Positions 1 through 14,288 of a stretch of 64,000 bases of DNA are shown piece after piece. The notes beneath the pieces were generated by a model. That model had not been told where the DNA came from and made no database searches. It saw nothing but the letters and a program-made list of their open reading frames with translations. The position numbers were made by a program, and so were the translations under genes. Source of the DNA: Podarcis tiliguerta (Eukaryota); the NCBI GenBank assembly GCA_965153285.1, contig OZ229111.1; one strand, 5' to 3'. The stretch's first letter is position 1. Each line of letters opens with the position of its first letter.

Positions 1-190
1 TACCAGGCTAAGGATAAAGTTGTGCACTAAAATCCTAAATGTTTAATATCCCCTCTTTTCAACCCCCTTCAGTTCATATGAATAGTCCCTTCATGTGAGT
101 AGCATAATCTACGGGCTGCGAACTCCTCCGATCACAAAAACTACTATAACAGTTAATTCCCTGTTCATGCAGGCTGTTTACATGAATAGA

Positions 191-222
191 AATAACATAA
201 CAACATAACATAACAACATAAA
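191..222. repeat. (ACATA/ACA)n simple repeat, possibly inside a small inverted-repeat element (~170-251)
   Basis: aataacataacaacataacataacaacata, flanked by ggctgtttaca and tgtgaagcagcc. Confidence 0.6.
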
Positions 223-2262
223 CCAGCTGACTGAAGTGTGTGAAGCAGCCTTTAGGAATGACTCCATATGAGAGGGCGAACCAAGAAAATCGCCTCCTGC
301 AGAGGGGCCCTTTATATCAATGGATAGCACAGGATTTTGCGTGGTGTGGGTGGCTCTCCAGTGTCAGGCGCCCACCCAGTCGAGGGGGCTCAAAACCATG
401 ACACAGTGCGCTTGAGTGCCCAGCATAGTCTCGCTCCAAGGAGGTTCACATACCCAGTTGCCCAGGACAGAGGACTGTGTAAACTGATAGTGGACCCTGC
501 TGAGTTCATGGGGACTAGTCTGAGCCCTAACTCTTTATCTCATAAGTAGATTAGTTCTTCATTCTATTCTCCCTTTCCTAGCTCTAGTCTTTGTTGATCA
601 GAGAGCAATTATATTAAATTCCAAGTCATCTTAGTTAGTCAGTTCACCTCACAGATAATAAAGGATGGGGAAGAGTCAGCTCTAAGTTTCCATTGTAAAC
701 CTTTTGCAAAATAGAGCTCCTTTCCCTTTTTTATTTTTTTTTTACACACACAGTTCCATTTGATGTTTATAATCCAATTTCTTCCATCCTCACTTGTACA
801 AATATAATTTGAAGTAACATTCAGGGGAGGGTTGCCGAATCATAAATGCAGAGAAGAAGACTTTACATAAAGAAACTGTAGGCTCCCCTCCCGCCTCCCG
901 TCCTTTGCACCGAATGAAGTCTTATCTCAAAATTGAACCTTAAAGTCCTTGCAGTTGGTTTGTTCCACACTCATCTCTTCTAGCACACACCTGTACTTTA
1001 GTCCAATTAAGCTCTAATGAACAGGAGAACCTCTGCTTCTTAATGGCGGTGTTGGAGGGTTTTTGCCAGGCAAAGTGCTTCTGCACTCAGCACCTCCCTG
1101 CCCTCCACATTCCATGGAAACCATTTTGAGAGCTTTCTCAAACTTCTCTGTAACTTAACAATTCTACTAGACCTCACTACATCACCTAAGTGATGAACAT
1201 TAGCTATAGCTGCTGGTCCCTTCCCTTCTACCTCCCATATTTAATTTCTCTTTCCCTCCCTCGGGGTTAGAAGGCAAGACACTTTCTAGCAGCTTGGAAA
1301 TCCCCCATTTCTCACTCCCAGACGCTTCTACTTTTTTATGCATTAAACTTGTAACAAGAAGTAGGGAAATGTTTATCCGCACTTGCTAAAAAGAAACACG
1401 TTCTTAATTTTAAATGTCGAGGGTACAAATGCACACTTGTCAGGAGACTCATAAACATAACAAGAGAAAGGAAGACACACAAGCAGAATGACCTTTGGGA
1501 AATAAACATGGAATTGAAGGTTGGAAGCTTCCATCCTCTGTGCTGCTTTGAAAATGCCTTGGAGGTATGATGTTTTTAGGAGGGGTAAATCAACAAGTTT
1601 GGTGGCTCTTACCAGATATCTAAGGAGATGTATAAGAGCCATTATAGACAAATTCTCTCAGCATAAATTGTCTTACTTACTTACTAATTTATTTATTTAT
1701 TAGAAGCATTTTTATACTGCCCTACAATTATACTCCCAGGGTGGTTTTAGGGCATTTTGTTAAATAAAAGAAACACAAAACTTATGTCCCTATTACAGCT
1801 TCCTTCGTTGAAATAAACCTAATACACCTCTACTAAAAGTCACGTTTCTTCACTGAAATCACCCTTTTACTGTTTATGTCCAGGCAGAGAGAATAACTTG
1901 GCTGGAAGCCCTATGAAATACAGCACTTAAAAAAAAAAAAATCTGCCAGCAACCATTATCCCAGTACACAGTTACATAGGGAAGCAGATAATAGCCACAC
2001 GCTTGACCCAAGCTCACAGCAAAGCTGACTCTATCGTCATTTTATGTCCCTGCAGAGCAGGAGGATGCCAGCCAGGTTTTCCTTTCAGGCTGAAGCACAA
2101 TATTATTTGCATGGCTATGATGCACCCCAGGGACAGATGTACAGGCTGGAATACAAAGGAGGGGCTCTGAATCAAGAAGAAAATTCCCAAACCAAGGCCT
2201 GTTGAGCATGAACTGAACCATATACTGCGCCAAGAGGAAGATTCTTTATTGGGGCTTTATAT

Positions 2263-2398
2263 CAGGTTTCCTCAACCTCGGCCCTCCAGATGCTTTTGGC
2301 CTACAACTCCCATGATCCCTAGCTAACAGGACCAGTAGTCAGGGATGCTGGGAATTGTAGTCTCAAAACATCTGGAGGGCCAAGGTTGAGGAAGCCTG
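2263..2398. mobile_element. hAT-type MITE, 136 bp, palindromic
   Basis: Long TIRs caggtttcctcaacctcggccctccagatg / catctggagggccaaggttgaggaagcctg. Perfect 8-bp TSD CTTTATAT (2255-2262, 2399-2406). Confidence 0.9.
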
Positions 2399-2659
2399 CT
2401 TTATATGAAAAGCCACCTTTGAGCAACTCAGGAGTCTAGAGCACCTGTAAGAAGGGGAACGCCTGCCCTTTGTTTCTGAGGCTGCTCTTAATTGCACCAA
2501 CATATCCCATTACTAAACTGAATGTAGACACGGCCAAGAAGTGCATTTGCAAGTGTCCACTGAACACACAATCATTTGGAGTGAAATGCTTAGGAGAATC
2601 TGAACTTAATACAGAATCCCAGTTAGAGGAGCACCACTTTACCCTGGCCATAATCACAC

Positions 2660-3040
2660 TGAGGTAATTCACAACATACATATAAAGCACTATGGTGCCA
2701 CTTTAAGCAGTCATTGGTTCCCCAAAAGAATTCTGGGAATTAGCTTGCTAAGGGTGCTGAGAGGTGTTTGGAAATTGCTACTCAGAGCTACAATTCCCAG
2801 AGTTCCCTGGGAAGAGGGATCGATTGCTAAAGCACTCTGGGAACTAAAAATTTGTGAGGGAGCTAGGGTCTTTCCTATGAAAAATGTATTTTGTATAATA
2901 AGCATAGCTTGCTTTCTTTTTCCAAGCCCAGCTTCTCAGGCTACAGTCAGACCATACATTCAAAGCATTTTTATAACAGTCACAGCTTCCCCCAAGGAAT
3001 CCTGGGAACTGTAGCTTGCTATGGGTGATGAGAGCTGTTA
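2660..3040. mobile_element. Two adjacent degraded copies of a squamate interspersed repeat (non-autonomous DNA-transposon-like)
   Basis: The motif catacat..aaagca...cagtca..g.ttcccc.aa.gaat.ctgggaa.t.agcttgcta.gggtg.tgaga occurs near 2677-2762 and 2953-3034. Related sequence lies near 27950-28030. Confidence 0.55.
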
Positions 3041-3152
3041 CTTAACGAAGGTGGAGTTGCCTTGAGCCATAATTGCTGTTGTAGGTCAGAAAGGGAAGTC
3101 TAGGACAGGTATCTTCAACCTTTACAGACCCACTTTTAGCCCACACATGAAT

Positions 3153-3677
3153 CTCGTACCTATGGGACTGCCTCTCCTGGTATGCCCCGCGGAGGACCTT
3201 AAGGTCTATAAATAACAACACTTTGGAGTTCCCGAGCCTCAAGGAGGTTAGATTGGTCTCAGCTAGGGCCAGGGCCTTTTCAGCACTGGCCCCGGTTTAG
3301 TGGAACGCTCTGTCACAAGAGACCAGGGCCCTGCGGGATTTGACATCTTTCCACAGGGCATCTTTCCTGCAAGATGGAGCTGTTCCGCCTGGCCTTCGGC
3401 TCAGACTCACTCTGACTCCTTATATGGGATTTGGCATATAAATTTTCCCTTGGCTTTTTGCTGGCCCATGTAGGACCAGCATGGATAGCTGGCTCGGGTG
3501 AATATCTGATGTTTCCTCCCTTTATGGTCTTGATTTATGGGTTACTACTAAAATGAGGCTGCATTTTAAGCTGTATTTTAATTAACTGTTTTTGTTTTTT
3601 TCTATTATGTTTTATTGTAATTTATATTTGGTGTTAGCCGCCCTGAGCCCGGCTTATTATTATTATTATTATTATTA
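3153..3677 (+). mobile_element. L2-clade LINE 3' fragment with (TTA)n tail
   Basis: Closely similar to 12806-13375. Has a degraded L2 ORF2 C-terminus, a 3' UTR ending gttagccgccctgagcccgg, then (TTA)n at 3654-3677. Confidence 0.8.
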
Positions 3678-6430
3678 GACTCGCTTCTTAATCTTTTACC
3701 ATCTATTTGCATGATGGCTGTACTTTAGTTGCAACCTGATCACCTTGAATCAGGCAACAACCCACTAGTGGGTCCTGACAGGTCTTATAAATATGGTGTT
3801 TCCTTTTTCCTTCTACTCTTTCCCATGCAAACACATCCGCCTCCAGTGCAAGCAGAGTTGTATCCCAATACTCCCAACAGGTGGTAAAAAGGTGGAATTC
3901 CCCCCAGTCTTTCAATGCATAATTATAAGAAGGGTGATACTGTTGCATGTTAGTAAAAAAGCAGAATCCGGAAATGGAAGTCATCCCAGATTAATTAATA
4001 CACAGTAACAGATTGATTTTATGAATCTGCCAAGAGTCAGATTGTAGCATCCTGCTAAATTGGTACCGCTGAAACTCAGTTTGAGATTAAAGTAAATTTT
4101 AGTACACAGATAATGTTTTTAAACAGATTTCAGAAATAGGAGATAATGAAATGTGTCACAACTGTTGTACACCTCTTTTGTTGTACACATTTTGTTGATG
4201 CTTATATGAATTTGAGGACAAAAAAATTATTTCCCCCTTAAACATAATAAATAAACATAATATTTTGTTATTTATTTTTCTTATTTATGCAAATAAACAT
4301 TAAGAAATATCCATTCTCTGTATTTAATGCAACCAAATATACAGGCTTAGATGCAAAGCATTGCTGTCTAACACTGATATTAGGGAGAAGATCCCAAGTA
4401 ATTCAATACCTTTTCTTTAATTCTCAGTTTGGGGATGCAACTTCTGGGACACAATTAATAATAATAATAATAAAGTTGCTTCCCAGCCAAAATTAATAAT
4501 TGTGCTACAAAATGGCTGCTATGAGGAGGGTGGCATAATATAAAATGGCTACTGCATCTAAAAGAGCAGGAAAAAAAGACAGAACCACAAAATGGTGCTG
4601 TGTACCACCCCCAAAACCCTGTAATCAGCTGCCCCATCAATTGGGGGAAAGGCATTTGCATCCAATGTGGACACACTCACAAGGAGAAGATCTTTGTACC
4701 TCTCTTCTGATCAGAACAGTGAAAGCAGAAGATATCCAATTCTGGCATCTAGCAAAATGTGGGCTTGTCTAAACGGGCATGCTCAATATTGGGGAGCCTG
4801 AGTCAGTGCAAACAGGACCTGAACTGGAACAGCAAACAGTATCTCATTGTGGATTTTCAAGGTGGAATTTGCTGAGTTATTTCTCAGGCACCGTACTGGT
4901 GGGCACACTGGCAACACCAAAACTTCACAGCAGATTTACACAGTGAATTTTCAGGAAGCATTTCTCCTCATGTTACACCAATTAAAAGTGTAATTCTATG
5001 CAAATCTACTCAGAAGCATGCCCCATCAAGTTCAATGGAGCTGACTTCCAGGTTAGTGAACATTGCAATGCAGCCTTGTCATACAAAGGTGTAAGAACAA
5101 TACTTTCCTGCAAAGACATCATATGGGAATCGACGCTCACTGAATGCCTACAGAAACAGTAATGCCATTACTGGATGTGCCCCTAGCAACTCAAAAACAA
5201 GGCTTCTAAATTCTACATTTATTCATTAGCAACTTAAACAATGTGGATTTGCTTTTGATTGGTTAATTGACAGTTTACAATCTCAAGGTACAATCCTAAA
5301 GTAAAGGGCTGCCTTCTTCCAAGCATTTATCTGCTCAAACTCACTGCTTCGGTTTTTATTTAAAGGGGAAATACACATGCAATTGAATGTCACAATTCAT
5401 TTGGGCCTTAGACTTGTTTGCTACAGTGCCTCCTGTTCATAATTAGTATCCACAAAGTTCTCAAAACCTCTTCACACACATAGGTCCAAGTATCTGTGAA
5501 TCACACCCATTCCAAATGCATGGCTCCCCTGGAATTCTGAATCACGGCTTAAAGACCTCATTGCTGCCAGTTTAAATAAAATGCCACAGGGCAAGTCCTC
5601 TTCTTCCTAGGTTCCGTTCATAAAAGGCCAATTTATTCTACAAAACCTACAGCTGATTAAAGGAAGTGAAACATGCTATGCCAAAGCCAGCCTTGCCACA
5701 CTGTTCCATCCAATGCAGTCCATGAAATCTCATCCGAAGTTACCTTTGCAACACTAGCTGTGTGGGCTTCATGTCTGTGCACAAGATCAGGAGCCAGAAC
5801 CTTCCCACTTCTGATGCCAGCTCCGATTCCATTGCTGTGTGACTTCACTCTTCTCTTACTTACTTTCTCCATTTGTACCCCCACCCCAATTATCACGAGG
5901 CCAAGATGCTTTTTAATGAACAGTGCTCTGGAAGTGCGACTATTACTATTTTCCACAGGCAATTCCAGCTATGGTCAACTTGGCTGGCTGCAACACAGGA
6001 TTATTTGGGGGAGCTTTACAAACATACAGTACAGAGTATGTCTGTATTTTCCCATTGGTTTTTTTGTTTTGTTTTTACCGAATATGAAAATTTCACTGGC
6101 ATTTCTCTTTAAATGACGGCTATTTAGATTTAATTAACTTTAATAAGAAACAAAGACTCTTTATGCTAAACAGAGAGCCAGGTGTTTTAACTCAGGCCTG
6201 GGAGAGGGGGCTGTGCCCACCCACCATGAAAATGCAGCAAATTATCATCTTCACACCTTTCAGACAGGGATAGCACTCACTTACCCTTACCTCTCTCCCT
6301 TGTGAGCTATTCTCATCTGCATTTCATGTCATATCAGCAGCAAATATCTGAATATAACCCAGAATCTGTCTTCTCATTTCCTGTTTTACACACTACATAA
6401 CACTGTGATGTTTTGATCCTCCTCCACACA

Positions 6431-6470
6431 GATAGATAGATAATGAGAGATAGAGATAGATAGAGATATG
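6431..6470. repeat. (GATA)/(GAGATA)n simple repeat
   Basis: gatagatagataatgagagatagagatagatagagatatg. Confidence 0.75.
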
Positions 6471-8857
6471 ATGAGGATCTACTAGTTTGAATCACTGAAG
6501 TTGCATCACAATATGCTGACCAGGATTTAGTGGGTGATCTTTTATAGATCTATTATACTGGAATATTTATATTAGCAAATGCCCAGCATTATGATGGCTA
6601 GAGGGACTGTGTGGCAGCCTGAATCCCCTGTGGGATATTTTTCAGGGGCATCTCAGCCACCCAAGTGTTTGGGATATAGGACAGAGTTGTTGTTTTTCCC
6701 ATCATAGCAGTTACCACTTACTTTCCCCCCATATAAATGAATGGCTGCCATGCACCACTGGGGGGGGGGGGGAGTAAAATGTGGTGCACTTGGGGGACAC
6801 TGCTGGAAATTTAATCCGCACCCCACGCTTATGAACTAGTAATCCCTTCCACAAAGAACCAAACTTGTTCCTATCTATGCATAGCCTCTGTACCTGGACA
6901 ATTCTACATTGTTCTGTTTCTTGGTCAGACTATAATGCGATCTACGGTAATGTTGGGAATGTGCTTGTGTATATATCCCAGTGTGCATCACTGTACATTT
7001 GTCTTCTGCTGAATTCAGCGCTATTGCAGCTGCTTCATGTAAGTAAGAGGAGAAACTGTGTCATGAAAAAATCACACTTTAAGTTTAAAATCCCATTTAT
7101 TAATGGGACAGTTGATTAATGAAGTGATTTCATCAATGATTATCAAATACTTTAATAACTGATTCATCAATTGCTATAGGATGATAAAAAGAATACGCCA
7201 GGGTAACAGCTTGCTGACAAACTTGGCTAATAACCATCTGTAACACCGTCTGTTGATGCATTTCCAACCATTTATAACCCATGCATAAACACACCTAGGT
7301 GTCATTTATTCAGCTTTTACAAGCCAGACCTTGATATTGACCATTAAGCCAGTAATACATTGCTAAGAAAGAAAGTGCATTTGTCTTTCATGTCCTCCAA
7401 CAAGCAAGCTATTGATGTGTTATCCCTAGAACAGTCTCACAGGCCACCTGCCAGTTCCCTCATACACACAGATATGCATTAGGCTCCAACTGCAGTATGC
7501 GTCCTCAAATATGTGCCACCCCCAACAAAACCCACAGTACATCCCTGTATATCACATTCATGGGTGGGGAGGGTATTCATGCCCTGCTTACAGGCTTCCC
7601 ATAGGGATCCACTGGATGTTGGGTCTAGATGGGCCTTCGGTTTGATTCAGCAGGACTTTTTACATTCACACACAAACTCCAAAGCAACTCTTGGGCTGGA
7701 TCAGCCCTACTGAACTTTGTCCTTCTGCCCTCTGACTGGGAGAGGGGCCATTTGGAAGAGTTTGTTTTTTGAAAGGCCAAAGGTGAACAGCCTCTGTACC
7801 GATAAGAGATGCCTTGAAAGCTGGATTGTTTCTGGGTCACACACAATAGGTTGAGAAACAGCAGCGTAGGTCACTGAACCTGTAGTATAAACAAGGCCTT
7901 CAGAGCCCAGAATGATCATGCAAGATGAACTGGTGCTGGTCAGAGGAGGGCAAAATGAAGCAAATTCTTCGGGGTTTTTGGTATCTACCTTCTGGATCCT
8001 TGGAGGATACACACATAATATATACCACATGGCTAATGTGTTTTTCTCCATCTACAAATATTTCCATTTATTGCTGGGGAAGGGAGTGGAGAGTCCCATT
8101 GCTCCAAGCGCCCTTCTTATATGACAGGACTAGGTAAACCTTGCTTTAACTTGCCCTCTGAAACAGCTCTAGAGACGGTGGACAATGGAGACTTAGCAGC
8201 AAGATCAGTGTTAATCCTCCAAACTCTTCCTAATGCCTAGGCCTGTCCCTGCTGCTGCACATGTTGGAATAGATAATGCCTGGAGCTCTTCCCCAACAAA
8301 GAGACTTCAAGTCGGCAGAAGAGGTAGAAGAAAAAGGCATATTCAGCATGGTTTTAATTAGAACAAAGTTAAGGGATGGAGGAAGCAAATGAAAGGTGAA
8401 GGGGAAAACAAAACTTTTCAATACTCTGTTCAGAGCCTGTCCTAAACTGACCTCTGTGGCCAAGAATATTTTATATTATTAGCTCCATTTTTAAAATGTA
8501 GTTGCTGATTCAGACAAACCTAGCAACTTCGGGAACATCCGGTTGGATTCATTTCTATTAAAAAAGTGACTGGAGGGTAAATGCTAAGCAAAAAAGCTTG
8601 AGCCTTCCGGGACCTACATACAATGGGAATCTGAAAGAGGTAGGCTATGCCAACTTCTATTCAGCCCTATTCACAGATATCAACAGGTGAGGAGCAGCTC
8701 AACATCCTGCAGCCAGGAAGAAAAGCACCCTCCTGACCAACACGTCATTCCTCTAAACTGTGCTGGTAATACAGTTTCCTTTGCAAGAGAAAGCAAAACT
8801 ACTTGTCCTCCAATTCCTCAGAAGATGGGATGAAAAGGTAGAAAGTTGAGGTAGTGT

Positions 8858-9231
8858 CAGGGGCAGAGGAAGGGGGGTGCAGATCGCTCTGGGTGTCTTC
8901 GCTGGGGGGGTGACATTTGGCGCATGGCCCACCCGTGACTCCCAAACCTGTCCCGAGCCATCAGGGGTGGGGGGAGCTATGCCACTTTGCTGGCTGCATT
9001 CCCCCCTTCCCCCTTTGTTTTGACAGCTGGGGGGGGCTTGGGAGTCGCGGGCGGGCAGTACGCTGAATGTCCGCCATGGGCGGCTCGCTCCGCCCCCGGC
9101 TGCAGGGCGCGAGTGCCACTCCATGCCACTCCATGCACCTGTGCGGCTACCCATGGGAGGGCACCCTCCACGCCACGCCCCCCTTGGAAGCGTGCCCACT
9201 CTGGGCAGCGTGGGCATATGCTCCGCCACTG
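8858..9231. mobile_element. GC-rich non-autonomous hAT element, 374 bp
   Basis: Imperfect TIRs caggggcagag / ctccgccactg. Perfect 8-bp TSD GGTAGTGT (8850-8857, 9232-9239). Confidence 0.85.
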
Positions 9232-12200
9232 GGTAGTGTATACTTTATTTTAACTCCTGCCCCACCATGTAAAGGTTGGCTTTTGGGGGGGAGGGGTTTA
9301 AGTAACATACAGTGACATCAATGGGAAATGATTTTATATGACTCAACAAGCAATTGCCTGTTTTTAGATAATGTTGATCAGTATGAATACATATATTACA
9401 CCAGCCCTAAGACACATCAGCAGAGCCACCTGAAGACATCTGGAGCTATAAAAACATAGGATGACATTTTTGTTTCCATTCTGAGCCTCTATGTGTTGCA
9501 TCCCATCATCTGTGAAAGCCTCATACACAGTAGTTGCCTTCTTCTTTGGCGATGTTCAGCTTATTCTAATCAAATACGAGTCCACGTTCTGTTAAAAAAG
9601 TGTATGCTGCAGTGAATATGAAGCTACAGATCACCCACACTTGTAAACATTACATTAATCCAATGAAATGTGTTTGCCAATGTATGCACACAAGTTCTCA
9701 GAATTGCACTTACAGTGGGGAAAGGAAGATGCCACACTTGCAGGGAAGTACTAGTGAGGCAGTGTGACCTCTTGCTTCCAGCGAAAGCACGATCTCACAC
9801 AGCTAGGGGCAAGCACACTGCAAAGCCCATAGCAGAGCACAATTTGCCTCATTAAATTTCATCACATTATGCCAGTTTCATGAATTTAACATTGTCCCTG
9901 GACTATTGTTTGTCTGGAAATTAAATTAAAACAACATTTGTTCTTCCAATGAGTTTGTCAATTATAGAGGCCAGAGGAGGATGGAGGCAAGAAAAGAAGT
10001 AGGGCTGAGTCATCTGTAGCTGTATCTTCTTTCCTCTGTGGAATATTTTTTTTTCTTTTTGGCGGGGTGGTGATAGAAAGAGATAGATGTTTCTGGCACA
10101 GCAATACACACTGCTGATGAGCAATACAATGTCACAAATTGTTAAATTAGGCTGGTGCCATAGTCCTTGTGCTTAATCCAACAGGTACTAGCTCACAGGA
10201 CCAGAATGTTATTATGGTGTTACAGTAAAGTTTTTTTCTATATATATATAAAGTGAGAGTACTTATAAATCTGGAGTTGCCTGTATCAGAGGTTTTCAGT
10301 CTGTTTATGCTCAACTACTTGTATTATTGATCAATTAAACTGGCAGGGTGGAAATCTCAAGCCGAATATTGCTAACCATCCACTCTCATTCCTCAACTCC
10401 TGATCTGAAATGAAATACCTTGTCACATGGTGCTGGTTCCCTTTCCTACTTCCAGCTGCTAAATTACATTAAAAGGATGCTGAAAATAAATTCAATAGCT
10501 TTCCTGTTATTGCTTTTCATGTAGGCAATTGCTGTAGTTGCCACAAGGATGTTTAGCATTAGCAAATGGGTTCTGCAATCACAATGTCTCTGCTAAAATA
10601 TATTCTACGCTATGAAGACATTTTAGGCATCAGCTGTCAAATCCAGCCCTTTAGGCAATCTTGGGTTGTATTGTACCCATTGATAACTCTTCCACTATGC
10701 CCTGCTGTTTCAGAAATCTTTGTTGTCTGATTATTATCATGCTATGTATCCTCAGATTTGTCCTCCTCAGCTTCCTGGAACAAAGAATGGAAAGAACAAA
10801 CTGGTAGGAAGGTTTGCCATCCTCACTGCTGCTTTTTAAAGTGCACAATGCAAAACCTTTGGGGCTACAATGCGGCTCCTCCTTTTGCTCCATAACTTGG
10901 TGTGGAGGGCACAATGAAAAGCAAAGGAAACTGATCTGCATCAAGATAAACAGGTTTCCAACATTATACAAACCACAATGAGGCAAATAAAATGTTTGCT
11001 GGTGGGAAAAGTAGAAGTTAATGTCTGGAGTTGATCTTAGAACCTTGGGCTCTGTTGCTCGAATGTTCAACACTCATATTCCCACTTCTGATATTCTGAA
11101 AATATTTGTAACCAGACCTACTAACTACACGGACTGACCAGTGGCATTCATTTCCATTACCCCATCAAATTCCGGGTCCTCACATTAAGATCAGTCGATT
11201 GACATCACACCACAATCTGAAGCTGCTCTCTGAAGCCTTCACAGCCAACTGCAAGTGTGTTCCTGATTCCTGACCCACAGCTCTTTCTTCATCCCTCAAA
11301 TATTCTTTGATTCCCCTTGAGTAGATTATGCTAATGATGTCAGCTACGCAAGACTTCTCTGATGAGTTCTAGTGGAGGATAAGGCTGAGAAGCTATAAAA
11401 CTCATCAATTTTGAAACACCACATTAAACCCCCAATGTTTTTACCATTGTGGCCTAAGATGGGATTAGCACACAGGTCTCCCCATACTGGTTGACTAGAT
11501 TCTTTAGGCACTAAACCCAGCTGCATGCCTAAATCCTCACCGTATGCCACCCCCTATCTGGGCTGCCCTTTGATGAACACGGCCTTTGATTGTTTGCAAT
11601 AATGTAACACACCCACAGATTACTGCAGTGATCCTGATCTGTCAGTTTGTTTACCTCACACTGTACTGCTTACATCTAATTCAGACACAATCAAGACTGC
11701 AAGACGTCGCTTTAATCACAGCATCCCATACAAGCTTCCTCTTGCCCTTGGTGGGCTTGGGATTAGCTCCTGCCATTGAGGCACATGTTCAAATAATCTA
11801 CTGGGAAATAAATATGGGGTGACTCAGAACGGTCCCCTTACAAAGTGTTGCCACAGATTTGTTTGTTTTCGCATTAGCAGCAAGAAACCTGTAACAGGCC
11901 CCTGCCACTCACACATACCCTCACCCTTGAATGAATTCCATCTCAAATTTCATTCTATTCGCTTTTGATCACCAAGGCCTGCCTGAATTGCACCTCCATC
12001 CTTCTCAGCAGACTTGATTCAATCATGAGGTCACCTGCACTTACTCCTCATTTCAAAAAGAGAATGAGGGGGATAAAGTGGGACTCAGCAGCAGCCTGTC
12101 TGTAGCTTTTGCATGCCTTGGCCAAGCAGGTGGAGTCAAAGTTAAAAGTGCAGTGCCCCTACTGGGGCATGCAGCATAACTGAATCTTCTGCGACTATCA

Positions 12201-12805
12201 AAAAGCTCCAAGAATAATGGCAGAACCAGCCAGCGCAGTTTGCATCGACAGAAGCAGCCCTTCATTCCCAAAGCCTCCCCATTCCTCCCCCTGTTTCACT
12301 GCTGCCTGCACCTCCACTTCACTTGTGATTTATGGGAGATTTTCCTCCCAATCTGGAAGTCTCCACAGCTTTAGTCACATGTGCTGGTCGTTACCATAGG
12401 AACCACAGAGGTCAAGCCACGAAGGAACAGTAAAAGGTGACTTACCCTGTCATCGCACTTGTGTAAGAACACGTATAAGAAGAAGTGATGGGAGCTGTGG
12501 AAGCTGTCCTTGCTAACACACTAACATCCAAGCCAATCTCAGTCATGCTACATCAGACGAGGCAAGACGAAGAGGCGTGCAACACTTCTGCTCTGACAGG
12601 GAACCCACTCGGCCAAGATGTGAATTGCAAGTAGCAAGAACTCTTATCCTCAGTTCAGTGTCCAGAGGGAATCGCCAAAGAGTTGACCCCATTAAAGCCA
12701 AATATTTTCACCCAAATATAGGCAACAAAGCAAGGAAACAGTTACAAAGTCAAAGAGCAACCCAGATCTCGACTGCTTTCCCTTACCTCTTGTTCTGCAA
12801 TGCTT

Positions 12806-13375
12806 CCTATGGCCTAGGACCCTCGTACCTACGGGACAGCCTCTCCTGGTATGCCCCACGGAGGACCTTAATATTCCGCAAATATTCCACAAATATTAAC
12901 ATCTTGGAGGTCCCGGGCCTCAAGGAGATTAGACTGGTCTCGACCAGGGCCAAGGCCTTTTCAACTGTGGCCCCAGCCTGGTGGAATGCTCTGTCACAAA
13001 AGACCAGGGCCCTGCGGGGTCTGACATCTTTCCGCACGGCCTGCAAGACGGAGCTGTTCCACCAGGCCTTTGGCCGGGGTCCAGTCTGACTCCCCCTCTC
13101 TCCTTATAAGAACTTGCATGAAAGCAGCCCCCCAAATTTTCTCACAGGCTCATATAAGATCAGTATAAACAGTTAGGCGTGGTGAGCATTTAAGGTCCCC
13201 ATCCCTAATTTGCGAGTTGCCATCTGATTAGATTTCACTTTGATTCTGATTTGATTTTAGGGTATATTTTAATTGATTGCTTGATTTTATGGTAATATGT
13301 TATATATTTGATGTTAGCCGCTCTGAGTCTGGTTTTGGCTGGGGAGGGCGGGGTATAAATAAAATTTATTAGTAG
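12806..13375 (+). mobile_element. L2-clade LINE 3' fragment
   Basis: ORF 12577-13089 ends in an L2-type ORF2 C-terminus (GLGPSYLRDSL...RAKAFSTVAPAWWNAL...FRTACKTELFHQAF). The 3' end is gggcggggtataaataaa. Confidence 0.85.
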
Positions 13376-14288
13376 AAGTATTATTACCCCTGTCTTAATA
13401 TGCACAGCATCAAAACTCCTGCTAGCTTTTTAAGAATCAACACTCCCTTTGAGGAGAAATGACCTTTGCAGCTTCTATAGCCAGGACTGCAGCTCCTTTG
13501 CTTTTCTCCATAACTGACAATGAACCAGGCTGTTATGTCCTTCTTTGATTCTTTGCAATAATTTGCTGTCCAAAATTTTTTTACAGCAATTGCTGTCCTT
13601 CACCCAAGGAACAATCCTCCATAGGTCTATTGACTTGGGATAGGAGAAACAGTTAACCACACACATATACATCATTAAAATGTAAAGTCGCCTGCACAGG
13701 AAGGGAGATCAGAATGAGACAGAGAGCAGGCAATATTCCACTAGCACCATTAATCTGTGTTAGCCAGGGACAAAGGCTTGCCTTGGATACCGGAACAGCC
13801 TCCTTCCACACCAGCACGATCTATAGACCCCCCTCTGTCTCTAGAAAAGACACCTCCATTATTCACCTTGTGGTGCTGTCTCACACTCCTCCTCTCCACT
13901 CTCCCCCTCCAGTGGGGGACAATGTGGAAGTAATTCTGCCAACAGAAAGGCTCAAATTAATTAGCGCTCCAGCTTCTAAATGGACACAATGATCCCCGAC
14001 AGGAGGACCCTCTCAACAATTTTAGCCTCCCATCTCATTTCCATCTCAATGCTAAAGCTTTTCATCACTGCCACCCCAACCCCTTTCCCTGCAGGGGTCC
14101 CCGGAGCCAGGTCACTTGCAGAGGATCTACCTCTCTTCTCTTTTTATGCAAAGAAGCTTGGGTCAAAGGCGAGGAATGCGGGTCAGGGGAACTGGAGGAT
14201 GGAGAGAAACCATTTGACAGCTTTTTAACTATGGAACAGAGGTTGGTCCCTTAGAAGCACACATGGGCTGTACATAGTACCTTTTATC

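Noticed and set aside
8753-9315. GC/CpG-rich patch with overlapping ORFs, resembling a CpG-island promoter or gene
   Set aside because: It coincides with a hAT element bounded by TIRs and an 8-bp TSD.
12440-12495. Strong minus-strand donor (GG|GTAAGT) preceded by GCG ATG ACA, as the possible next PLXNA1 exon
   Set aside because: The upstream translation does not resemble the expected plexin peptide, and the implied exon is about 49 nt and frame-shifting.
12577-13089. 170-aa ORF as a host gene
   Set aside because: The C-terminal half is L2 ORF2 and the N-terminal half is chance open frame from a GTG start.
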